The position numbers and the translations under genes were made by a program. A stretch of 64,000 bases of DNA from a virus (taxonomy: Duplodnaviria; Caudoviricetes). Positions 1 to 7,810 of the stretch are shown piece by piece. Numbering within the stretch: position 1 is the first letter of the stretch; each line of letters begins with the position of its first letter. The stretch lies in the IMG/VR virus record IMGVR_UViG_3300021197_001233, positions 218 through 64,217 of that record; one strand, given 5' to 3'. A model generated the notes under the pieces. The model was not told the DNA's origin and ran no database searches. It was given only the letters and a program-made list of their open reading frames with translations.

Positions 1-337
1 ATGACTCGGTGGAGCCACTGCGGTTGGACATATCAATCTCGATGATGCGGAACACCTCGACCGAGCAGTCGTCGCCATTGTCTGCCACCCAGTCATCGTG
101 GGTCATGTCAGATGGGACACAGGCGGCGTAGTCCTCGTACTCACGGGTCATCGTGACCTCAGCGTCACCTCCGTCTTGATGTTCGATACATACACATATC
201 TCATCCTTTCGGTAGTCGTCGAGGACTTGCTTGATGTGTTTCTCTGCGAACCCCCGCTTGGGGAAGAACTCGCAGGTGGTGTCGGAGTACCCTTCGAAGA
301 GTCCTGCGACAGCGTGGATTACTGCATATTGTTTCAT
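1..337 (-). CDS. early hypothetical protein (runs off window edge)
   Basis: ATG at 337 (MKQYAVIHAVAG...), open to position 1; preceded by promoter 372-404 and the leader motif at 348-357. Confidence 0.7.
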   Translation of the reverse strand, partial: MKQYAVIHAVAGLFEGYSDTTCEFFPKRGFAEKHIKQVLDDYRKDEICVCIEHQDGGDAEVTMTREYEDYAACVPSDMTHDDWVADNGDDCSVEVFRIIEIDMSNRSGSTES

Positions 338-371
338 GGTTATTGAATTGAAGTTTGTAAAAGTCTCGACA

Positions 372-427
372 CAAAGATAAGGAATTGATGTGGACAATTC
401 CAAATTTTTGTTGAAAAGATTTGTTAA
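372..427 (-). promoter_or_regulatory. Bacteroidota-type early promoter (TTTG-N21-TATCTTTG) with DnaA-box-like TTGTCCACA in the spacer
   Basis: + strand caaagata 372-379, tgtggacaa 389-397, caaa 401-404; 400-427 nearly identical to 2324-2351. Confidence 0.75.
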
Positions 428-431
428 AGGC

Positions 432-593
432 TTGGTTAGAAGGGAGGTTGGGATTCGAACACAACCGCCGTCCGACACAAAGGTCTTGGGAGTGGACGTG
501 CGCACCGACTGCGCTCCCTTGAAGAAGGTGAGGGGGCGGACTGACGTTTCAGCCACGCATACCCCCTCGTTGGTCAAACTTCAAACTAACCAA
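432..593 (-). ncRNA. candidate structured RNA: anti-leader hairpin, GC hairpin and tRNA-like domain
   Basis: Ends can pair (UUGGUUAG/CUAACCAA); hairpin 570-593; hairpin 530-568 (GAGGGGG/CCCCCUC); tRNA-like 440-520 with AAGGGAG/CUCCCUU stem and GUUCGAAUC T-loop. Confidence 0.6.
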
Positions 594-795
594 TACCGCT
601 TACGATGTCCATCGCTTTGGTCATCGCATAAGTTCGCTGTTGCATCCCCGTCCCTGCAAGCTGTGGGGATGGCAAGTACACGAAGGTAGAAAATGTTTTG
701 TCATTCTCCAACCCTTCGATTGAATATCCTTTATCACCTCGCATAATGGCATCTGCCACGGCGTTGGTGTGGTAAATCTTTTCTTGAAGTGTCAT
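586..795 (-). CDS. early hypothetical protein
   Basis: 69-aa ORF, ATGA-coupled to upstream gene. Confidence 0.6.
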   Translation of the reverse strand: MTLQEKIYHTNAVADAIMRGDKGYSIEGLENDKTFSTFVYLPSPQLAGTGMQQRTYAMTKAMDIVSGIG

Positions 796-1226
796 GATGT
801 AAGTGCTTCAGTTTCAATAAGTTCCTGTTCAATGATTTGCCTCATGATGTGACTGATGATGCGGTCTATGATGTCTGCGCTATCGGCCCAGTTGCAGTAC
901 CCTTGCGTAGTTTTCAACCAACCCCTGAACTCCTTGTGCAGGTTGTGTGGTGTGTGGTCGCGCAGGTAGTCCACCATGTCCTCGTAGTAGGAGTCCATCT
1001 TGTACTCGTCGTAGTAGGACTCGTCGCTTTCATAAACCTCCTCTGCTCTCCACAGGTTGCAGAACCCGTTGTTGTAGTAGTCGTAGCCGATTCGAGAGAT
1101 AGCACGGAGGGCTTCGGGAAGTCCGTCATCTGCCTCACCTGACGTAGGGATGAGTTGCTTCCATGCGGCATCGTACTGCTCTTGATACTTGCCCTCCTTG
1201 TCCCAATATGTTCCTGTCTTACTCAT
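792..1226 (-). CDS. early hypothetical protein (acidic)
   Basis: 144-aa ORF with leader motif at 1239-1248. Confidence 0.75.
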   Translation of the reverse strand: MSKTGTYWDKEGKYQEQYDAAWKQLIPTSGEADDGLPEALRAISRIGYDYYNNGFCNLWRAEEVYESDESYYDEYKMDSYYEDMVDYLRDHTPHNLHKEFRGWLKTTQGYCNWADSADIIDRIISHIMRQIIEQELIETEALTS

Positions 1227-1362
1227 TCTCTTGTTGTTTTGAAGTTTGATATTCGTCGTGTGCTTGCTCGACCGCTTTGTTCAGCATCTCTGCCTCTGCT
1301 CGATCGATTGCCTGCCCTTGCATACGGGCAAGCTGAATGATTACGTCTACGATGTCAGTCAT
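1219..1362 (-). CDS. small early hypothetical protein (47 aa, not in ORF track)
   Basis: MTDIVDVIIQLARMQGQAIDRAEAEMLNKAVEQAHDEYQTSKQQENE*, fills the gap in the minus-strand operon. Confidence 0.5.
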   Translation of the reverse strand: MTDIVDVIIQLARMQGQAIDRAEAEMLNKAVEQAHDEYQTSKQQENE

Positions 1363-1417
1363 GGTTGTCTCTGCTTGTTGGTGTAATTTCCATGGTCACG
1401 TCCCATATTATATTGTG

Positions 1418-1615
1418 TCATGTCAATGGTGTATGTGATTCCCAAAAGTGGATTTCTTCGTCGTGGATGCGGAAGCTCGTAGCAAATTTTAGCTCGTCGT
1501 TCCACACGCTGTCCAACCACACGCCGTGGTCGTCACGTGCTCCCATCACATGGGAGGCCTCGAACCCTTCTTTTTGCAGTGCTTTGACTGCACGTTCGCA
1601 TTGTTCTTGTGTCAT
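1418..1615 (-). CDS. early hypothetical protein
   Basis: 65-aa ORF, ATGA-coupled. Confidence 0.65.
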   Translation of the reverse strand: MTQEQCERAVKALQKEGFEASHVMGARDDHGVWLDSVWNDELKFATSFRIHDEEIHFWESHTPLT

Positions 1616-1926
1616 AGGTCAATGATTACGCCCTTGTCTTTGAGGGCATTGATGATGTAGTCAGGGAGTTCGAAGCATCCGTCGTACCCCACGAGTCGCA
1701 CGCTTCCGTCGTCGTCGTGCTCCGTTTCGAGCACACCCTCTGCATAGAATCGGTCGCCACCTGTGTCTAGGTCGTAGGTCTCGTACCATCCACCATATCC
1801 GTGGTCTGGGTCGATAGACACCTCGGTGTCCATGTCAACATTCTTTGCGGCATCAACGTCTACGTCGTAGGCGGTGCGCATTGATACGAATGGGAGTGTG
1901 TGCTTGAAGCTGTGTGTGAATTTCAT
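1612..1926 (-). CDS. early hypothetical protein
   Basis: Likely start MKFTHSF at 1926 (A-rich leader) within the 1612-2148 ORF. Confidence 0.7.
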   Translation of the reverse strand: MKFTHSFKHTLPFVSMRTAYDVDVDAAKNVDMDTEVSIDPDHGYGGWYETYDLDTGGDRFYAEGVLETEHDDDGSVRLVGYDGCFELPDYIINALKDKGVIIDL

Positions 1927-2023
1927 TGTGCTTTTGTTTCGTAGTGGTTCAACGTTTCGATGAGCAGTAGTCGTATGCAGGAGAGCACCATGCTCCACCC
2001 TGCGTATATCTGGATGGCTGTCA

Positions 2024-2272
2024 TCATTTTTTATCAAGCTTGAAGATGAGGTTGTTCTCTGCGTCGTTAGCGTAGTCGTCAAGCAGGTTGATGACCTCCT
2101 GAACGTGGTCAGGGTCTGCGTATTTCGTGTCTGAGAGCAGGGAGGCAAAGCCCTTCACATCCTTGGGCACAAGTCTGGCCGCTCGGTTGAGCTTGTTCAG
2201 GTTCGCACCGAAGTGGAAGTCATTGAGGAAGAGGACTGCGCGTCCTACGGGTTGTCCAAAGAAGTTGTCCAT
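2024..2272 (-). CDS. early hypothetical protein
   Basis: 82-aa ORF, first gene after promoter 2297-2328. Confidence 0.7.
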   Translation of the reverse strand: MDNFFGQPVGRAVLFLNDFHFGANLNKLNRAARLVPKDVKGFASLLSDTKYADPDHVQEVINLLDDYANDAENNLIFKLDKK

Positions 2273-2296
2273 GGTATTGGGGTTTGAAGTTCGGTG

Positions 2297-2351
2297 TAAA
2301 GATACAGCAATTTGTGGATGAATCCAAATTTCTGTTGAAAAGATTTGTTAA
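2297..2351 (-). promoter_or_regulatory. early promoter (TTTG-N20-TATCTTTA) with DnaA-box-like TCATCCACA
   Basis: + strand taaagata 2297-2304, tgtggatga 2313-2321, caaa 2325-2328; shares upstream repeat with 400-427. Confidence 0.7.
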
Positions 2352-2354
2352 TGC

Positions 2355-2519
2355 TCAGTAATCACGGGTCGTGATGCCGAAGCTACGCAGGTCGATGTAC
2401 ACGTCCTCGTCCCATGCGTCCTCGATGAGGCGCAACGCCTCCCTGTCGTCTGTGTCAGCGAAGTGTTCGTACGCGAGGACCTTTTCGTCTGCGCACAATT
2501 CTCTGAATGGATTAAACAT
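2355..2519 (-). CDS. early hypothetical protein
   Basis: Likely start MFNPFREL at 2519, leader motif at 2524-2533. Confidence 0.6.
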   Translation of the reverse strand: MFNPFRELCADEKVLAYEHFADTDDREALRLIEDAWDEDVYIDLRSFGITTRDY

Positions 2520-2553
2520 TTGCTTGAAGTTTGATGGTGTAACTATCTGATAG

Positions 2554-2700
2554 TCAGGCCTTCCAGACCTCATCCAACATCCAACCTTTCGTGCGTTCGA
2601 TGTGCTTGATGAAGTTTGCAATGTGGCCTCCGTCCTCGAAGTCGCGGGTCATTGACCACTTCTTCCCGCAGGACATAATGAATTGAATGGTAACTCTCAT
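2554..2700 (-). CDS. early hypothetical protein
   Basis: Start MRVTIQF at 2700, ATGA-coupled to upstream ORF. Confidence 0.6.
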   Translation of the reverse strand: MRVTIQFIMSCGKKWSMTRDFEDGGHIANFIKHIERTKGWMLDEVWKA

Positions 2701-2801
2701 TGGTCTAGTGTGTTGAGGACATAGTCCACGAGGGCGACGAACCCGCACCCGCTTGCGAATACTACCGCGAGCGATACGAGCAGGACTACCGCCTCGCTCA
2801 T
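2697..2801 (-). CDS. 34-aa hydrophobic membrane peptide (not in ORF track)
   Basis: MSEAVVLLVSLAVVFASGCGFVALVDYVLNTLDQ*, ATGA overlaps at both ends. Confidence 0.55.
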   Translation of the reverse strand: MSEAVVLLVSLAVVFASGCGFVALVDYVLNTLDQ

Positions 2802-2920
2802 GACTGCTTGTCTTTGAGGTTTGACACTGCATCCATGGCCATGCCTGTGAGCATGATGATGCCGACTACGCCGATGCCCGCCGCGAGCATGAGGTTGATG
2901 TTAAAAAGTAACTGAACCAT
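2798..2920 (-). CDS. 40-aa hydrophobic membrane peptide (not in ORF track)
   Basis: MVQLLFNINLMLAAGIGVVGIIMLTGMAMDAVSNLKDKQS*; leader motif at 2930-2941. Confidence 0.6.
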   Translation of the reverse strand: MVQLLFNINLMLAAGIGVVGIIMLTGMAMDAVSNLKDKQS

Positions 2921-2940
2921 TGTGTATGGGTTTGAAGTTT

Positions 2941-2990
2941 GATACAGACCCCCGAAGGGGTTTCGTCCATTCAGGACTCGTCAGTGTACC
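2941..2990 (-). ncRNA. hammerhead ribozyme (type I)
   Basis: GGUACA-CUGACGA-GUCC(UGAAU)GGAC-GAA-ACCCC(UUCG)GGGGU-C-UGUAUC: complete core, three stems, GUC cleavage triplet (cut between 2947 and 2946). Confidence 0.92.
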
Positions 2991-2992
2991 TG

Positions 2993-3172
2993 TCAGATGG
3001 GGTCGAAGTACCTGCGAATCTCCTGCTCCGCACGCTCGTCCTCTGCATCGTCCGCACCGATGAGGTCGGCCAACGTCATGTGTGCGTCTGCGAAGTGGGT
3101 GGACACGATGTCCTGCACGATGGTGGTGAGGGCTTGTACGCGCCCCTCATGCGCTTGCTTGGAAGTAGCCAT
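2993..3172 (-). CDS. early hypothetical protein
   Basis: Likely start MATSKQAH at 3172, downstream of promoter and leader motif 3177-3186. Confidence 0.7.
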   Translation of the reverse strand: MATSKQAHEGRVQALTTIVQDIVSTHFADAHMTLADLIGADDAEDERAEQEIRRYFDPI

Positions 3173-3192
3173 GGTGTTGAAGTTTGATGGTC

Positions 3193-3236
3193 GCAAGATA
3201 CGACCGAATTGTGGATAAAACAAATCTCTTTGTTAA
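3193..3236 (-). promoter_or_regulatory. early promoter (TTTG-N20-TATCTTGC) with perfect DnaA box TTATCCACA
   Basis: + strand gcaagata 3193-3200, tgtggataa 3210-3218, caaa 3221-3224. Confidence 0.7.
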
Positions 3237-3255
3237 GTCGCTGTGAGTCAGGAAG

Positions 3256-3870
3256 TTACAAGACGTCCTCGGCAGTCACGCCTCCGTCCATCATGTCCAT
3301 GTTCACCGCACGCACCATGTCCATCACGTCCGTGTACCCCTCATCGCGCATTACCGCGTATGGTGTGGGTGGCGTGTAGTCTGCCGCGTGCTGTGGGCGG
3401 GGCTTGGGCGCAGGTGCGTCAACCTCCGTGCGTGTGCCGAATGGCGAGGCCTTGGTGGGCTTGTCGTCGCACACGACCTCGGTCTTGCGCACGTTCCGCT
3501 TGGCGCTCTCGCGGTTGCTCAGGCGTTGTGCCTGTGCCTCCAACTTGTCGTTCTTGGTCTTGCGCTTGGTCTTGCGCTTCGTGGGCTTGGGTGCGGGAGG
3601 CGTGGTGGCCTCCTGCACGTCCACGGGGGTGTACGTGTTCGCGCTCTGGCACGCATCCATGACATCGAACATTTGCTCCATCGTCATCCCGTACTGCTCG
3701 CACAGCACGTCCGCACGTGACTGCTTCGCAGTCTTGGCTTTGGCTTTGGCTTTGGGCTTGGCCGCTTGCTCCTGGGCGAACTTGGCTTTGTTCGCGGCAC
3801 GGCGCTCGGCTCGGGTCAACTTGCGCCCCGTGTCGGGGCAGTGTGTGGGGGTGTAGGTCTTTGCAGACAT
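3256..3870 (-). CDS. first early gene; basic, Lys/Ala/Pro-rich protein (possibly nucleic-acid binding)
   Basis: Likely start MSAKTYTP at 3870; KPKAKAKAK and KRKTKRKTK tracts; promoter TATCTTTG at 3921-3928; leader motif 3881-3892. Confidence 0.75.
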   Translation of the reverse strand: MSAKTYTPTHCPDTGRKLTRAERRAANKAKFAQEQAAKPKAKAKAKTAKQSRADVLCEQYGMTMEQMFDVMDACQSANTYTPVDVQEATTPPAPKPTKRKTKRKTKNDKLEAQAQRLSNRESAKRNVRKTEVVCDDKPTKASPFGTRTEVDAPAPKPRPQHAADYTPPTPYAVMRDEGYTDVMDMVRAVNMDMMDGGVTAEDVL

Positions 3871-3920
3871 GGTGTAAGAAGTTTGAAGTTTGCTCGGCCC
3901 GACTCTCGAACCGATGCCAA

Positions 3921-3952
3921 CAAAGATAGGTAAATCAATCCCTGATGTCAAG
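3921..3952 (-). promoter_or_regulatory. early promoter (TTGA...TATCTTTG)
   Basis: + strand caaagata 3921-3928 matches Bacteroidota -7 TAnnTTTG. Confidence 0.65.
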
Positions 3953-4610
3953 CCAACGGATGTTAACGTCAGCAATGACGGGGGATGCAGAGCCAAATTT
4001 ATACGAGGTTATGTCCATTGTGTCACCCCATGAGCGGGGATGATTGGTTGCAGTAAAGGTATAGGTGAGGTATTGTCCCACCTTCGGGTAGAGCTACATG
4101 TCTGCGGTCACCTGATGCGATGATGCAGGTAACGATGCGTAAGTGACTGGGGGACAAGCGATTGCAATCTCGGAAGTAAATCTCCGTAGTATGGCAGAAA
4201 CTAGGGAGGGGGGTTTGGAAATGTAATTTCCAAAAGATTTGCCTCCGTACATATATACATATAATCCCCCCTATGTGTGGTTCTGATCGTTTTTTACGAC
4301 CAAACCCGAAAAAACCGCCGATATCCGCAAAAATTTTCACGCGGTATTTTTTGATTGACTCCATCTAACCCCTCATAACTGACTGATTTAGAGTAAGAAG
4401 CGGTATTTAGCCTCTAGTATAGCTTGAGTCTTGACTTTTAAAGATTTCTGTTATAACTTTGCTATACAATCAAGTGCAAAACAGTCGAAATAGTAGGGTG
4501 TGTGTACACACATTACACCATCCGATCTAGATTTAACTGTTAAATACGGGATAGCTGTGCCATGTGGGGATATTACCGACTAATCGGTACAGGGGGACAG
4601 CATATTTGGG

Positions 4611-4618
4611 TATATTTG
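4611..4618 (+). promoter_or_regulatory. late promoter element TATATTTG (representative of about 12 copies)
   Basis: Copies at 4611, 4919, 6150, 11224, 13107, 15699, 18627, 19622, 24604, 26802, 53400; TAATTTTG at 37842; matches Bacteroidota -7 consensus. Confidence 0.8.
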
Positions 4619-4622
4619 CCTC

Positions 4623-4913
4623 ATGCTACTGATAAAGATCTCCGAGAGCGGTTATCGCAGAGACAGTGAGGACCAGTTCAACGACCACAATGTGATTATG
4701 ACGGGCTGCATCTCTATGGATGCGGTAGATTACCCCGTTGTAGGTATGGACGAGATAGGTAACATCAAGATTATGATGCCTGGGTCCAAGCACAACTTTG
4801 AAGGGGAGAGGGTACTGGAGGTACCGCTTAAGAATGACGAGTACAACTTCATGAGTCAGGACGACATCTATGAGCTTGTTCGCATTAAGGCTGCAGAAAC
4901 GGGTTTCTCTTAA
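4623..4913 (+). CDS. conserved Bacteroidota-phage hypothetical protein
   Basis: GYRRDS...ISMDAVDYPVVGMDEIG...MMPG...FEGERVLEVP resembles a domain I recall from crAss-like/flavobacterial phages. Confidence 0.7.
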   Translation: MLLIKISESGYRRDSEDQFNDHNVIMTGCISMDAVDYPVVGMDEIGNIKIMMPGSKHNFEGERVLEVPLKNDEYNFMSQDDIYELVRIKAAETGFS

Positions 4914-4931
4914 TCCCGTATATTTGTACTC

Positions 4932-5672
4932 ATGGACATCATCAAGGATATCGGGAAATCTCTGAACTTTAAAGAGCGCTATGACGATCTTGAGCGTACA
5001 GGGATGGAGGATTATGATAGAAAGGAGTGCAAGGAGCTACGTGAGCTAAGTAAGAGCGGGGCACCGCTTTCAGAATCACAGAAAGAGACCCTTCACTACT
5101 GTGATACTATCAGGGGTGAGCGTCAAAGGGCTGCTATGAACCTCGGAACATCAGCCGCGAAGATTGGGGTGGGGGCATTTACTGGGAATGTTAATATGAT
5201 TACTCAAGGCGTCGGTGATGCTGGAGGATATATCATGTCTGAGGCCCAGGAGGTAGACGGCCCTAACGATGGCATTGGCCAAAAGATCGGTAAGGAGGAT
5301 TACATGAAGCTAGGTGCCGATGTCGTAAGCGGTGTTGGTGCATACGCCATGGGTAAGCAAGGAGCTGGTGGTGGCGAGGGTGGTGGCGTTCAGGATGTGG
5401 TGAATCAGGCAACGGGTGATACTGCTGGAGGCGCGGGGAATACATTTAATATGATGCAGACCCTTATGCAAAACCCTCAGTTTATGCAGATGATGCAGCA
5501 GCAGATGCAGGGTCAGGAGGGAGCTCAGAATGCATTTCAGACAGGTGGCGTACAGGGGGGGCTGAACTTCTTGTCTAACTACGGCGTCAATCAGAACGCT
5601 AATGGATCAAAACTAAAGCGGTCAACACGTGACCACGACTACATCAAAGGAAACACTAGAGGCTATAAATAA
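4932..5672 (+). CDS. Gly/Gln-rich protein, putative internal virion protein
   Basis: 246 aa, glycine-zipper-like segments, own promoter. Confidence 0.7.
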   Translation: MDIIKDIGKSLNFKERYDDLERTGMEDYDRKECKELRELSKSGAPLSESQKETLHYCDTIRGERQRAAMNLGTSAAKIGVGAFTGNVNMITQGVGDAGGYIMSEAQEVDGPNDGIGQKIGKEDYMKLGADVVSGVGAYAMGKQGAGGGEGGGVQDVVNQATGDTAGGAGNTFNMMQTLMQNPQFMQMMQQQMQGQEGAQNAFQTGGVQGGLNFLSNYGVNQNANGSKLKRSTRDHDYIKGNTRGYK

Positions 5673-6142
5673 TGGCTACACTTACAACAACTATTAAAGA
5701 AGAGCTAACGCTCAACGGCATCGAGAGGGGCTCAACAAACACCCTATCTATTACTGGGGTCAATGAGGTGTTGCAGCGTATGGTAACATGCCCTGCCAAC
5801 CAGGACACAACGATAGCCACATTCAAGGCCGCTGTGAATACATCTGAAGGCGCTCTCGACCTTGACAATGTCAAGTACATCAGGGTGACTAATCTCGATA
5901 GCACCAATGAATTGGTTCTGTCTTTGCAGATCTCTGCGGCTGAGAATGGAACGGCGGATGCATCTACAAGCATCTTGGTGGCTGCGGGTAGAAGCTTTAT
6001 CATGGGGTCTCCACATGACGGCATTGCTACGGACGATGACTCCACTACTGTCATCACCGACACAAACCTTAATGACCTGGAGAGTCTGATTGTGGACCCC
6101 AAGACTAGCAGCATAACAGTAGAGCTATTTATCGCAAGTTAA
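5672..6142 (+). CDS. small beta-rich virion structural protein
   Basis: MATLTTT start; KYIRVTNLD...LVAAGRSFIM motif related to 19649 and 20059 proteins. Confidence 0.65.
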   Translation: MATLTTTIKEELTLNGIERGSTNTLSITGVNEVLQRMVTCPANQDTTIATFKAAVNTSEGALDLDNVKYIRVTNLDSTNELVLSLQISAAENGTADASTSILVAAGRSFIMGSPHDGIATDDDSTTVITDTNLNDLESLIVDPKTSSITVELFIAS

Positions 6143-6161
6143 TACCGATTATATTTGCATC

Positions 6162-7790
6162 ATGCCAGGACTAAGAAAAATAATGCAGCGGGGAACAAAC
6201 AACCCCCTGTTCTTTCAGACTCTTCCATCTCAAACTCCGAAGCAGGTAAAGGAAGAGAAGATTCGGAAAAAGATAGATGAGGTGTACGGTAAGGGATATC
6301 AGGCCCCTTACGATGTCGATGGCGCTTACGGCCAGGAACCAAAAAGGAAGTCTGGCAACGCTGGCTTCAGAATGGTGAAAAACAATCTAACAGGAAGACA
6401 GATGAAGATAGCAAAGCAGACTGCCCCGTTTGACGAGATCAATGGGGCCGACTTTACGAAGCTTCGCGAGGCGCTCATGGGTAGGGGCAGGGCCAATGCC
6501 AAGGTATATCAGGATGGTACTGGTTCAGGAGATCGAACGACCACTTCAGAGTACTTTGATCAGAGACGGGGTCAACAAGCACAAGCTCGTCGCGATAGTA
6601 TGTCTTCTGGCCAACGCCTTGGTGAGGGTGTGTTCTCTCAGGCTGTTCAAAGCATGGATAGCAAAGCTCAGAGTGCCGTTGTTCCGTTTGCAAGAGAGAT
6701 TGAAGGTGCCCTCGCCAATGAGAGTAAGTGGGCCGAGGATTTTGCTGAAGAGATTTCTGCAATGGGCTACAGTATGGATGATCTTAAGTCTGGCAAAGTC
6801 CCTGCTCACACTATTGCCTCTGTAACTGGAAGAAGCGGTCAAGCCGCCAAGTTGCTGAGAAGTTCGATGGTTAACCAAGGCGGTCTCGATATGAAGGATG
6901 CTAATTATCTGATTACGGGGCTGTCTAAGTTTGGCAGAAACATTGAGGACGGTATTATCAACGTCTCTGACATGGACAACATGATGGGTGAACTTGGGTA
7001 TACTTCTGATGATGCGGCATTTATGGGTGACGCAATATCTAAAGGCGGCCTGGGCGTAAGTCAGTTTAATACTATGCGAATGGAGGAGCTTGGCGAGGGT
7101 GGCGGTCAGAGAGATGTTTCTGGTGGTGTAGAGGCCTTCCCGAGCGCTAATGAGTTTAGAGCTTCTCAAAAGAAGAATACGAGTAGGGATGGCTCCTACA
7201 AAGGAGGGTATGGTAAAAACAACGTAACGTTTGGTAGAGAGAAGTTTAGAGAGACTGACCAGACAATGAGGCCTGACGAGGATTTTCCAGCACAGGAGCT
7301 GCCACAGGAGGTGGTGCAGACTCAGCCAGATCCGATTGATCCAATTCAGGGCATGACTCCCGATCCTCAGCCCGTTGAAACACCAAAGCAGATTATTGAG
7401 ACGACCCCGCCGCCTCAGTTTGAGGAGAATCCTGATCCAGTTGTAGAGGAAAAGCCAGTCATCCGCGGCTGCATGGACCCAAAGTCCACGAATTACAACC
7501 CTAAGGCCACTCAGGATGATGGATCTTGTGCATACCCACAGGAAGAAGAGGAGACTCCATCAACTGGTAGATTTGGGCCTGCGTTGGATCTGTACGACTT
7601 CGAGCCGATGCCCTCAGATAAGTTGGGCACCGTGGACACTGGCGCTATGGGTAGATACAGCGATGCGATGCTTGGCTCTCAAATGGCAGAAAGAGCTGGT
7701 GTTAATAGGATGGGATCTGCCCTCCGCGCTAAGCTTAACACCATGGGGTCGAGTAACCCTAGAGGCATGCGGTTTGTAAAGAGACGATAA
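6162..7790 (+). CDS. low-complexity protein, putative internal virion protein, with EF-hand-like and GCxDP Cys repeat
   Basis: LTGRQMKIAK...DEINGADFTKLR; GCMDPKSTNYNPKATQDDGSC; Pro/Gln/Glu-rich linker. Confidence 0.7.
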   Translation: MPGLRKIMQRGTNNPLFFQTLPSQTPKQVKEEKIRKKIDEVYGKGYQAPYDVDGAYGQEPKRKSGNAGFRMVKNNLTGRQMKIAKQTAPFDEINGADFTKLREALMGRGRANAKVYQDGTGSGDRTTTSEYFDQRRGQQAQARRDSMSSGQRLGEGVFSQAVQSMDSKAQSAVVPFAREIEGALANESKWAEDFAEEISAMGYSMDDLKSGKVPAHTIASVTGRSGQAAKLLRSSMVNQGGLDMKDANYLITGLSKFGRNIEDGIINVSDMDNMMGELGYTSDDAAFMGDAISKGGLGVSQFNTMRMEELGEGGGQRDVSGGVEAFPSANEFRASQKKNTSRDGSYKGGYGKNNVTFGREKFRETDQTMRPDEDFPAQELPQEVVQTQPDPIDPIQGMTPDPQPVETPKQIIETTPPPQFEENPDPVVEEKPVIRGCMDPKSTNYNPKATQDDGSCAYPQEEEETPSTGRFGPALDLYDFEPMPSDKLGTVDTGAMGRYSDAMLGSQMAERAGVNRMGSALRAKLNTMGSSNPRGMRFVKRR

Positions 7791-7810
7791 CAATCCCAGT
7801 TTACTGGGTA

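Noticed and set aside
574-631. Inverted leader motif as the leader of a plus-strand gene
   Set aside because: The next ATG (605) opens only an 8-codon ORF antisense to a real gene, and the adjacent T-loop orientation supports minus-strand transcription.
2947-2963. cccc-gaa-gggg hairpin as an intrinsic terminator
   Set aside because: Better explained as stem III of the minus-strand hammerhead; no U-tract on the transcribed strand.
3733-3762. ttggct hexamer tandem repeat
   Set aside because: Encodes the KAKAKA tract of the minus-strand gene.
4023-4364. 113-aa minus-strand ORF in the divergent region
   Set aside because: No protein-like motifs; overlaps palindromes and homopolymer tracts typical of non-coding DNA.
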